This document shows positions 29,375 through 38,267 of a stretch of 64,000 bases of DNA, in pieces (position 1 is the stretch's first letter; each line of letters starts with the position of its first letter). This DNA comes from Planctomycetota bacterium (GTDB lineage: Bacteria; Planctomycetota; B15-G4; JADJEK01), in contig JBGAIQ010000010.1 of NCBI GenBank assembly GCA_044225365.1, positions 32,001 through 96,000 on the forward strand, given 5' to 3'. The position numbers were made by a program, and so were the translations under genes. Under the pieces are notes generated by a model. That model searched no databases. It was not told the DNA's origin and saw only the letters and a list, made by a program, of their open reading frames with translations.

Positions 29375-29911
29375 TCATTTTCCCGTGAACTGTCCTTCGA
29401 GTTGGGCCGGCCCGGGGGGCGGTGCCTGAGCACCGATCCCGAGCGCCTTGCGGATCTGATTCTCGGGTCGCGCCCCGCTGCGCACGAACATCGTGAACTC
29501 GTCACCCTGCTCGCGACCCACATCCATCGTGTACACGAACACCTTGGCGAGCACCCCGCCCTGGACGCCGAGCGTCGGGTCCACGGAGAGCGCCGCGGAA
29601 TAGAAGTAGCCGGGATGCGCGTCGATGGGCTGATCCTCCATCTTCGGCAGCTCGACGTTCTTGTTGTCGCCGCTCTCGTCGATGACACGCGACAGCCAGG
29701 TCTCGACGCGTGCGCGCACTTCCGCGCTCGCGAGAGCGACGGCGGACTGATGCTGCGCGTCGCGATGCAGCGCGAGCCCGCTCATGAACAACGCGAGCAC
29801 GCCCACCACTCCCGTGAGGAAGATCATGAGCGCGGCGAGGACCTCGAGGATGGTGAACCCGCCCTCGCGGCGATTCGTGCGCGGCGTCGCCGGTGTCGTC
29901 TGCGATCTCAT
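29375..29911 (-). CDS. PilV/GspI-like minor prepilin
   Basis: GG|FTILEVLAALMIFLTGVVGVLALF. Confidence 0.85.
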   Translation of the reverse strand: MRSQTTPATPRTNRREGGFTILEVLAALMIFLTGVVGVLALFMSGLALHRDAQHQSAVALASAEVRARVETWLSRVIDESGDNKNVELPKMEDQPIDAHPGYFYSAALSVDPTLGVQGGVLAKVFVYTMDVGREQGDEFTMFVRSGARPENQIRKALGIGAQAPPPGPAQLEGQFTGK

Positions 29912-31062
29912 CGCGTGTTCCAATCCTCACGGTAGACCGGGATCTCGATCGTCCGCTCGAACGTGGTGCCGATGTGGACGCGCGAGCCCGCCGCATGATT
30001 GTCGGGCAATGTGTCGCGCACTCCGCGCTTCACCACCACTTCGTCGCCGCGGATCTCGATCCACTCGAACCACTCGCCGCCGATCTTGAAGTACTTGTAG
30101 GTCGCGAGCGGCTCGAGGAGGCGCAACGGCGAGAGCTTCACGCGTTGCGTGCTCGCCGAGAGATCCTGTTCGAGAACCATCATGGCGGCCTCGTCCTCGT
30201 CGCGCTCGACGACGAGCGTGACGCGCACGCGACGCGGGAAGACGTCGTCATCGGCGTTCGCGAGAGACGCCGCGTCCTTCGCGAGGAGGAACTTGTCGTG
30301 TCCCTGCTTGTCGAGCAGCAGCGCGCGCGTCGAATCCCAAGTGGTGAGCGGCCCGCCCTCGTCGTTCTCCTTGGCATTCCAATCGGACGTATCGCGGCTC
30401 CAGAACTGGAAACCCAGATACAACACGCCGTCCGCGAGCCGGATCGTGTCGCGCTGCAAGGCGCGCACGTCGTCGGGCAATTCGACCGCGAGAAAACTGC
30501 CGGCGCGCCCGATCGGAGAACGCATCCCGCGAACGAGCGTGAGCCGCGCGGGATCGACGCCCTTCTCGGGAGTCTTCAATGTGCTGTAGAAAACCTCGGC
30601 GAGTCCGCACGGCGGCAGGGTCGGCGATGCCGTTTCGGTGCCCTCGGTGAACCCGGACTTCGCACCGACTTCGTCGCCCGCGACGCGAAGGCGCGGATCG
30701 GTGCGCTCTTCGGGGAGCGCGCGCACGAAGCGCAGGCGCTGGACGACCGAATCCGGAGTGCGATCGAGATCGAAGTCGTACTCCGCGTAGTCGCTGATCA
30801 TCCGCACCGGCGCGTTCGTCGAGCCGAGAGGCGAATCGGCCCGCAGCATGCGCAAGTCGGTCGCGATCTCGTCGAGCACGGCCGCGGACTTCTCGGTCGC
30901 GTCCTTGCCGCGCTCGCCGAGAGCCCACACGTCGAGCGCGCTCTTCACCATCTGGAACAGCATGACGACGAGGATCGAGAAGATCGCGATCGCCGTGAGC
31001 AGTTCGATGAGCGTGAAGCCGCGTTCCGCGCCTCGCGGTCCCGTTCGCTTCGAATGCGCCAT
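29908..31062 (-). CDS. PilW/GspJ-like minor prepilin
   Basis: RG|FTLIELLTAIAIFSIL; 'RLADGVLYLGFQFW'; 'FPRRVRVTLVV'; 'FERTIEIP'. Confidence 0.85.
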   Translation of the reverse strand: MAHSKRTGPRGAERGFTLIELLTAIAIFSILVVMLFQMVKSALDVWALGERGKDATEKSAAVLDEIATDLRMLRADSPLGSTNAPVRMISDYAEYDFDLDRTPDSVVQRLRFVRALPEERTDPRLRVAGDEVGAKSGFTEGTETASPTLPPCGLAEVFYSTLKTPEKGVDPARLTLVRGMRSPIGRAGSFLAVELPDDVRALQRDTIRLADGVLYLGFQFWSRDTSDWNAKENDEGGPLTTWDSTRALLLDKQGHDKFLLAKDAASLANADDDVFPRRVRVTLVVERDEDEAAMMVLEQDLSASTQRVKLSPLRLLEPLATYKYFKIGGEWFEWIEIRGDEVVVKRGVRDTLPDNHAAGSRVHIGTTFERTIEIPVYREDWNTR

Positions 31063-34000
31063 CAGTGGCCCTCCTCGTAGGAGAGTCGCACCGGCGTCCC
31101 GATCCACTCGAGTCCGAGGGCGGCGAGATGCGGCGCGCGCTTCCAGTCGTTGCTGCCGCCGCGATCCTCGCCGGGATCGGGATCGAAGACGCGCGCGTCG
31201 AAGGCGCCGTCGAGGTAGTGCGTGAAGACTCGCAGCCCCAGCACGTCGCCCTGGCGCAAGATCGCGTGACCCTGCTGGTCCATGGTCGAATCGCCCTCGA
31301 AGGTGAAGCGGTCCGGATTGTCCTTCGGCGAGTCGCCGAACGAGCCGCGGCCCCCGACGAGAGCCTCGACGATGAGCTTCGTCCGACTCGTCTCACCCTC
31401 GGCCTTCCAGCTCAGGCTCTTGTAGAACGCGCGCTTCTCGTTGAACGATGCGCCGTAGTACCCGAGCTCCGGGACGTCGACGCCCTCGCGATAGCGATCG
31501 AAATATCGCACCGGGAAGACGTAGACGAGCGATTCGACGGGATGCCGCTCGCGCGGCGTGCCGTAGCTCCCGCGCAGCATGCCGATCTCCTTGCCGCTGC
31601 CGTCCTTGATCTTCGGCATGAAGAGCTGGTTCTTGCCCTGCTTTCGGGAGTAGCCGATCAGCTCGTGACCGACCTGGACGACACCCTGGTCGGGGAAGTC
31701 GGAGGTGTCCATCAGCGAGAGTTGATTGCCGTCCGCCGACAGATCCGCCGTGAGCCGCGAGACGCGCATGAAGCCGAGTTCGCGCAACGACTCGCCGCGC
31801 CCGTGGAACTGGATCGGCGTGCCGAGATATCCGCGCCCGCCCTCGGCGACCTCGAACACGATGAAGTCCTGGCTGCCGTCCTTGCCGGTCTGCGCCTTCT
31901 CGACGCGGAACGACTTCACCGCGAGGAGCTCTTGCCCCATCGACACCACGAGACCGTCGCCCGAAAGGTGCGAGGGGAGATCGAGGGCTTCGATCGCAGG
32001 GCCGCCCTTCCTGCGCGACGGATCGCGGAGCTGCGCGCCATGGACCCAGATCTCGCCATGCTTCTCGTCGAACCAATCCGCGATGAACGTGTGGTTGCGG
32101 AAGCCGGGGTAGGGCGTGCTCGGCGTGAAGAAGGCGAGCTCGTCGATCGTGTCGCCGGCGGGCGACGGGTCGCCCTGCATGTTGCCGCCGAAGTGGATCT
32201 CCTCGCCGAGCTTCATCGGCAATTCGCCCGTCGGGAACTTCAGGAGGCGGGAGACCTGCCGCGAATCGAGCATCTGATTCGCGAGTTCCTTCCAGCCCGA
32301 GTCGGAGTCATCGGGGTCGATCGAGTACACCTGGTCGTAGAAATCGCCGGTGAACGTGCCGTGGATGCCGGCGTCGAGACCGACGTGGCAGCAGGTCCAG
32401 CCCCAGCCCTCGACGTCCGGCTCGCAGTAACCGAAGTTGATCGTGTGCTCGTCGCGCGAGTTGTTCTTCGGGTCGACGAGCGTGACGAAGTCCCGGGGTC
32501 CGGGGCGCCCCTGGTCGGGATCCGGGCCGCGAATCGTGCGGAAGATGGGCAGCACGCGCTCGCCGCCCGAGTGCTGCTTCACACCCGTGCCGAGCACTCC
32601 GCGGAAGGCGAGGCAGCCACCGAATTGATTGAGCAACTGCTCGAACCCCGCGCCGCCGTTCTCGTCCTCGACGAGCTGGATCGACTTCAGGATCTCTTCC
32701 TTGTCGTCCTTGTTCGCCTTGATGTTCTCGAAGTTGACCGCACGCGCGACGAGGTCGCCGCTCGGCGCCTCGCCGTCGATCTGCGTGAAGTTCGCGGTGA
32801 GGTAGTGGCCGACGACTTCGCCGGCGCTCGAGAGTCGGATCGGGTTGTCACGCACGAAGCAACTGTTCGCCATCGTGTCGTAGCGCAGCCACTCGGTGCC
32901 GCCCATTCCGCCGCCGTCCGGCGTGCCGGTGAATCCGAGGCCGACCTGGATCATCTCCGGTCGCGTGCCGCCTTGGACGTTCTTGCCGCCGCCTCCGCCA
33001 CCCTTCCCGCCGCCCTTGCCGCCCCCGACCTCGGGAATCGCCCACGAGTTCGTTCCCGAGCCGAGCGACTTGCCGACGCGGAACGAGATCGGGATCACGA
33101 AGATCGGTTGCGAGTTGGAATGCTTGCTCGCGTTCTTTCCGAGCAGACCCTTCTCCCAGGCGAGGACGTGGTCATGCGCGATGCTCGCGATCTCGTTTCC
33201 ATCGGCTTCGGCGCCGCCGGCCTTACCGCCCGTGCCGGCGAGATTCGACTTGGGTTGCCAGTTGAAGCCGCCGATGAACCCCGCGCCTGCGCGTTTGCAC
33301 CCCGACAACACGCCGCCGTCGTAGCTCGCGTAGTAGATCATCTCGATGCGGCCGAGCATGCCGTGCTCGGTCTGCCGGAAGTTGTTCCAGGCGAAGACGA
33401 CCTCTTCCTTTTGGTTCTGGTTGCCGCCGCCGGGAGCGGGCGGAACGTCGATCTTCGCCGACTTGGTCGAAGGCGGAGGCGTGGGCGCTGAGACGATGAG
33501 CGCGAAGCCACCGTCCTTCTGGAAGCTCCCTTCCATTCCACCGCCGCTCGACGAACTTCCCGAACTGCTCGAACTGCTGGAACTGCTGATTTTGGCGAGG
33601 CCGGTGATCGGGATGTCGGTCGCGGTTGCGGAGAGGCCGGTGCCGATCTTGTAGAGCGTCCCGTCCTTGCGCTTGATCTTGATCTCGCTCTTCGCCTCCT
33701 TCGCCTGCGGATTCACCATCGCGACGACGAACTTGCCGAAGACGTCGCTCAGCGTCGAATCGCCGGTCGGCATCATCTTCGACGCGAGCAATGCCGCGTA
33801 GCCGTAGAGATCGACTTCCTGCGTCTCGGGATGAGTGAGCGCCTGGTTCTTGCTCTGCTGGCCCTGCTTCACCTGGGGCTGGGGCATGTCCGCGTGCGTG
33901 CCGCGGCGCGCGCGACCGCCGAACGGATCGACTTTCGAGAGGTTGACGAAGAGCTTGTGCTTCTTGTCGTCCTTACCCGTGTACTCGATGAGTTCATCGC

Positions 34001-36518
34001 CGATGCGCACGACGCCTTCCGACGGGAAGAGCCGCGCGTCCTCGACCTCGATCTCCTCGCTGTTGCCCTGGCCGTAGCCCTTGATCTTGTTGAAGGGTCC
34101 GCCGCTCTGCTGGATCGGGCCCATGTTCTTCTTCAGTCGAGTCGCGAAGGCATGGCGCCCGCGGGGCACGCCATCGACGAGCAGCACCAAGTCCGTCGGC
34201 TTCGTTCCGCGCGCGTAGAACGACAGGTGGTACCAGACGTCCTTCTCGAACTTGAGACCGTCGTCAAAACCGTAGCGGACTTCCGCCATCGTCGTCGGCC
34301 ACGTCGCGCTCGTTCCCGCCGATCCGGAGGTTCCGGAGTTGCCCTTCTTCTTCGGATCCTTGCCCCCGTCCTTCTGATCGTCGGACGACGCCGTCGCATA
34401 CTGCGGGACCGTGCTGTCCGCGACGCGGAACACGAGCTTCTCGCCGTCGAAGTACGCAAAGATGCGATTCGAGATCTCGCTCTCACCGCTGTCGAAGAGA
34501 TACGTCTCGCCCTTGCCCTCGCCCGGCTTCCACCAGAAGCTGAACTCGAACGGCTGCACGAACTCGCTCGCGCCGATCAGATTGATCAGGGGATCGGTGA
34601 CGCCGAGCGAGAACGGTCCGCGATCCGCGATCGTCCATCCATCGGGACTATCGATGCGGAGCTTCTTGTCGGGGTCGAGCCGCTTCGGCACCCACGGCTC
34701 GTCGAAGTGCTGCACCGGCGGTGCGCCATCGGCCATCGCGTCGCGATAGTTGTCCTCCGCCACCGAGGCGAGGCGGACGAACGGCGTGAAGCCCGCCGCG
34801 GCGAGCGTGACCTCGTCCTCCTTGGAGACGACGGGATAGCGCCCATAGCGCAGTTCCGAGGTCGCCGGCACGGGCGGTTCGTTCCGGTTGTCGAGGTCGG
34901 CGAGGTTGATCGGGAACGTCGTGTAATAGGGCGACGAGCGCGCAACGCGCGCGGCTTCGGTGAAATCGAGCTGCGAGGAGAGCACCGCCTGGCAAAGACC
35001 GCCGGGCGCGATCGATGCCACCTCGGTCGCCATCCGTTTCGTGGTCTCGCGGCCGGCCGCGAGGTTCTCGCTGACGGCGGCGTGGAGCGTGACGTTGCCG
35101 AGAGCGCGGTAGCAGAACGGCGCCGTGCTCGTTTCGAGCTGGGTGTCGAGCGCGTTGTGCGCGTTCATGAATACCGTGAGCGCGATCTCCGGCGTCACGA
35201 TCTTGTTGGTCTGCTCGTCCTTCGTCCACGAATCGAGCAATCGCGCGAGGCCGGGCTCGCCCTCGATGCCTTTCGGCGTCCGCGCTTTGATGAGGTGCGT
35301 CGCGATGAACTCGGCAGTGTCGGGATCGACCCGCGATGCCGAACCCTTCATCGAGATCCCGGTGAGGAGCGCGACGAGCATCGTCTTCGAGCAGGTGTTG
35401 ATGTTCACCGGTGCGCGCAGCAGCGGCGCGATGAGCAGCTCGTCGTTGCCGTAGTCGTAGCGCGGGGCTTCCTGGAATCGCAGCGCGAGTCGGCCCGGGC
35501 CGATCTCCTGCGCGTCGGTGATCAGGTTGTACTCGACGCGATCGCCCGCGCTGAGGCGAACGACGGTGCCGACGTTGAAATTGCGCCCGCCCGTCACCTC
35601 GACGGGTGCCGGGAAGAGAGTCGACGGATAGCTTCCGATCGCTCGCACCGGAGGACCGAATCGATCGGGGGCGGGGACGGTCGCGAAGGTCGTGAGATCC
35701 GATTCCGCACGATCGAGATCCGCGGAGCGATACCCCATCTCGCCGAACCGCGCGATGTCCTTGAGGGCGCGCACCGACGGGAACCCGGCGTAGGATGCAT
35801 CGACGTCCTTGCCTGCGATCGCCGTTCCACTCGACGACGGATCCTCCGGCGGTACGACCTTGTAGGGGTAGACCGTCGCGAGGATCACGCGATAGTCGAT
35901 GACGGGTCGATCGTTCCCGTGATCGCTCGCGGGCAGACTCTCGACGACCGACGTCGAGAACGCGCGCTTCAGTTCGGTGAGCGTGCGCGGTGTTTTCGAC
36001 TTGTAGAGGATGATCTCGCCGTCGATCCACACGAGGCCGCTGTCGGGCAGGCCTTCGGTACTGTTCACGTTGAGCGTCTTCGTCTCGCGCGCTTCGAGCC
36101 CGCCGAGCAGGCGCATCGGCGTGATCAGGTTGTTGAGCAGGATCGGCGAGATCGCGTTGATGTCGCCCTTGCCCTGCTCGTCCTCGACGCGAACCGAGGC
36201 GATGAGACCCTTGGGATCGCTTGCGTTCAGGTTGAAGCGCTCGAATTCCTTCCCGACCGCAACGGTCAATTCCTCGAGCGAGTCGAAGTGCGGAGACTCG
36301 TCGCGGCTGACGTGCGTGCGCTGCACCGCGTTCTCCGCTTCCGCCATCGTCGACTGCAGGCTTTGTGTCGACTTCGAATCCGCCACGTGCTGCGCTGCCG
36401 CGGTCTGACCGTTGCGCATCGAGAGTGCGAAGGGTGTCGCGATCGCGACGAGCGCCAGCAACACGATGAGAACTGCGACGATCGCGATGCCGCGTTCCAG
36501 TCGATTCGAGGACTTCAT
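31062..36518 (-). CDS. giant (~1818 aa) PilX/GspK-like pilin with LamG-like domain and internal repeats
   Basis: RG|IAIVAVLIVLLAL (no E5); GspK motifs 'VEDEQGKGDIN' and 'APVNINTCSKTML'; LamG-like 'SFWWKP..WYHL..LLVDG'; start re-assigned to MKSSNR. Confidence 0.8.
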   Translation of the reverse strand: MKSSNRLERGIAIVAVLIVLLALVAIATPFALSMRNGQTAAAQHVADSKSTQSLQSTMAEAENAVQRTHVSRDESPHFDSLEELTVAVGKEFERFNLNASDPKGLIASVRVEDEQGKGDINAISPILLNNLITPMRLLGGLEARETKTLNVNSTEGLPDSGLVWIDGEIILYKSKTPRTLTELKRAFSTSVVESLPASDHGNDRPVIDYRVILATVYPYKVVPPEDPSSSGTAIAGKDVDASYAGFPSVRALKDIARFGEMGYRSADLDRAESDLTTFATVPAPDRFGPPVRAIGSYPSTLFPAPVEVTGGRNFNVGTVVRLSAGDRVEYNLITDAQEIGPGRLALRFQEAPRYDYGNDELLIAPLLRAPVNINTCSKTMLVALLTGISMKGSASRVDPDTAEFIATHLIKARTPKGIEGEPGLARLLDSWTKDEQTNKIVTPEIALTVFMNAHNALDTQLETSTAPFCYRALGNVTLHAAVSENLAAGRETTKRMATEVASIAPGGLCQAVLSSQLDFTEAARVARSSPYYTTFPINLADLDNRNEPPVPATSELRYGRYPVVSKEDEVTLAAAGFTPFVRLASVAEDNYRDAMADGAPPVQHFDEPWVPKRLDPDKKLRIDSPDGWTIADRGPFSLGVTDPLINLIGASEFVQPFEFSFWWKPGEGKGETYLFDSGESEISNRIFAYFDGEKLVFRVADSTVPQYATASSDDQKDGGKDPKKKGNSGTSGSAGTSATWPTTMAEVRYGFDDGLKFEKDVWYHLSFYARGTKPTDLVLLVDGVPRGRHAFATRLKKNMGPIQQSGGPFNKIKGYGQGNSEEIEVEDARLFPSEGVVRIGDELIEYTGKDDKKHKLFVNLSKVDPFGGRARRGTHADMPQPQVKQGQQSKNQALTHPETQEVDLYGYAALLASKMMPTGDSTLSDVFGKFVVAMVNPQAKEAKSEIKIKRKDGTLYKIGTGLSATATDIPITGLAKISSSSSSSSSGSSSSGGGMEGSFQKDGGFALIVSAPTPPPSTKSAKIDVPPAPGGGNQNQKEEVVFAWNNFRQTEHGMLGRIEMIYYASYDGGVLSGCKRAGAGFIGGFNWQPKSNLAGTGGKAGGAEADGNEIASIAHDHVLAWEKGLLGKNASKHSNSQPIFVIPISFRVGKSLGSGTNSWAIPEVGGGKGGGKGGGGGGKNVQGGTRPEMIQVGLGFTGTPDGGGMGGTEWLRYDTMANSCFVRDNPIRLSSAGEVVGHYLTANFTQIDGEAPSGDLVARAVNFENIKANKDDKEEILKSIQLVEDENGGAGFEQLLNQFGGCLAFRGVLGTGVKQHSGGERVLPIFRTIRGPDPDQGRPGPRDFVTLVDPKNNSRDEHTINFGYCEPDVEGWGWTCCHVGLDAGIHGTFTGDFYDQVYSIDPDDSDSGWKELANQMLDSRQVSRLLKFPTGELPMKLGEEIHFGGNMQGDPSPAGDTIDELAFFTPSTPYPGFRNHTFIADWFDEKHGEIWVHGAQLRDPSRRKGGPAIEALDLPSHLSGDGLVVSMGQELLAVKSFRVEKAQTGKDGSQDFIVFEVAEGGRGYLGTPIQFHGRGESLRELGFMRVSRLTADLSADGNQLSLMDTSDFPDQGVVQVGHELIGYSRKQGKNQLFMPKIKDGSGKEIGMLRGSYGTPRERHPVESLVYVFPVRYFDRYREGVDVPELGYYGASFNEKRAFYKSLSWKAEGETSRTKLIVEALVGGRGSFGDSPKDNPDRFTFEGDSTMDQQGHAILRQGDVLGLRVFTHYLDGAFDARVFDPDPGEDRGGSNDWKRAPHLAALGLEWIGTPVRLSYEEGH

Positions 36519-37543
36519 TCGATCTCTCCGAACAGACCGACGCGAACGTCGCGACGGCGCTGCTCTTCGTCGAACACCAGGGTCACTTGAACGGGTGCGC
36601 TGTGGCGCAGCGGATCGAGACGGCCGCTTGCGTCGAAGTAGATCGTGAGGGGCTTCTCGAAATGGACCCCGTCGCCGAGGGGCGGGGCATCGTTGACGAT
36701 CGACGTCGCGAGCCGCACTTCGTCGACGTCGCCGAGGAAGCGGGTGTCGGGCGAGCCGATCTCGAGAGGCGAATCGGGCTCCGGCCACAGATCGAGCCGA
36801 CTCTCGAAGTCCTTGCGGTCGCGCTCGATCCCGTCGACCGTGATGTAGAGCCGCTTGCCGTCGTAGGAGACGACGACGTGCGACCAACGCCCCGGCGTCA
36901 CGCAGCGCGCGAGCGCGAACGAACGCACCTCGCCCTCGCCCTTGCCGACGAGACCGCGATCGCGGCCGCGGACGTTGAACGTCAGGCCGAAGTCGGCGGT
37001 GAGATGGAGCTGGAACGCGCGACCCTTCGACAGGATCGGCGCGTCCTGTGATTGAGTCGCGCGAACGTAGAGATCGAGCAGGAATCCCTGCGTCGCGTCG
37101 AACGACGGCGATCGCCCGAGCGTCACGAATCCGCGGCTGCCTTCGGGAAGGCGCAGAGCGCGACCGAACGCGCCGTCGTCGACGATCTCCGCGCCGCCCG
37201 TGAGATCCGCATCCGTCGGCCAGCCCGTCGACTTGTCGTCCTCGAAATGCCAGTTGCCGACGCTGGTGAATCCGCTCGCGACGATGCGCCCCGTCGCCGG
37301 ATCGACGTCGACGGTCGCCTGCGCCGATTGTTCGATCGCGAACGTCCGCGCGGCGCGGATCGCGTCCTTCACCTGGGAGACCGCGACCATCTTCCCCATC
37401 GCCATCTTCTTGAAGATGCCGGCACTGATCCCCATCAGCACCGCGACGATCGACAGCACGATCAGGAGTTCGATCAGCGTGAAGCCCGCGGCGCGCGGCG
37501 CCCCGGCGAATCGAAGCCTGTTTCGTGTCCGCGGTTCAGTCAT
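36515..37543 (-). CDS. GspH/FimT-like prepilin with inserted LamG domain
   Basis: AG|FTLIELLIVL; 'GNWHFED..GAFGRAL..WSHVVVSYDG..ITVDG..LEIG..FLGDVDEVRL'; pilin end 'YFDASGRL'. Confidence 0.85.
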   Translation of the reverse strand: MTEPRTRNRLRFAGAPRAAGFTLIELLIVLSIVAVLMGISAGIFKKMAMGKMVAVSQVKDAIRAARTFAIEQSAQATVDVDPATGRIVASGFTSVGNWHFEDDKSTGWPTDADLTGGAEIVDDGAFGRALRLPEGSRGFVTLGRSPSFDATQGFLLDLYVRATQSQDAPILSKGRAFQLHLTADFGLTFNVRGRDRGLVGKGEGEVRSFALARCVTPGRWSHVVVSYDGKRLYITVDGIERDRKDFESRLDLWPEPDSPLEIGSPDTRFLGDVDEVRLATSIVNDAPPLGDGVHFEKPLTIYFDASGRLDPLRHSAPVQVTLVFDEEQRRRDVRVGLFGEIE

Positions 37544-38156
37544 GGGTCGAGAACGACATGATGTCGTCGCCATTTCCGAAGATGCCATCCGGCCCGGCCG
37601 AGATCAGTTGGTAGCTCTGCGGGCTGTAAGGTCCGCCGGTGAGCGAGTTCTTCAGCGCCTTGACCTTCACGGTCTGCCGCTCCGACGTCGCCTGTTCGAC
37701 GAACTCGTATTCCTGCTCCGAGGCGTACGAGTCGTAGCGCATGTAGACGAACGGGTTCTTCCAGGCGTCGACGACTTCGAGCAGGACGGGATTGGGATGG
37801 ATCGAGATGTTCTTGTCGGCGGAGTCGTCGTCGAGGTTCATCAGGTCGTCCTCGGTCAGCCGCTCGCCGGAATAGTCCTTCGCGGAGAGCGCGAGAACCA
37901 TCGCCTCGATCCCTTCGAACAAAACGTTCGACGATCGCACTCCGAGCTTGGCGAGCGTCGAGGGCGGATAGTCACCCGTCTTCGTGCGGTACTGCTCGAG
38001 CAGGCCCTTCATGACTTCGATCGTCGCCTTCGTCTTGGCTTCGTCGCCCGCGCCCTTGCTGCGATTGAGAGCGACCGATCCGATCGTGAAGAGCAACGCC
38101 AGGATGGTGAGGACGACGAGCAGTTCGATCAGCGTGAAGCCGCGGCGGCGGGACAT
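37536..38156 (-). CDS. GspG-like major prepilin
   Basis: RG|FTLIELLVVLTILALL; 'YRTKTGDYP', 'DAWKNPFVY', 'YQLISAGPDGIFGNGDDI'. Confidence 0.9.
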   Translation of the reverse strand: MSRRRGFTLIELLVVLTILALLFTIGSVALNRSKGAGDEAKTKATIEVMKGLLEQYRTKTGDYPPSTLAKLGVRSSNVLFEGIEAMVLALSAKDYSGERLTEDDLMNLDDDSADKNISIHPNPVLLEVVDAWKNPFVYMRYDSYASEQEYEFVEQATSERQTVKVKALKNSLTGGPYSPQSYQLISAGPDGIFGNGDDIMSFSTHD

Positions 38157-38267
38157 GGCGGAACCCTCTCAGCATCATCGTAACGAACGGCGTCGGGGCC
38201 TTACCCCGATCGGATTCTGCGGCGAATTCGGCGAAACGAGATTCGGCGAGCGAAGGCGCCCTCCGCC

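Noticed and set aside
38213-38250. ATTCGGCGA short direct repeats upstream of the cluster-2 major pilin as an operator
   Set aside because: Only two exact copies with irregular spacing and no second site found; insufficient support.
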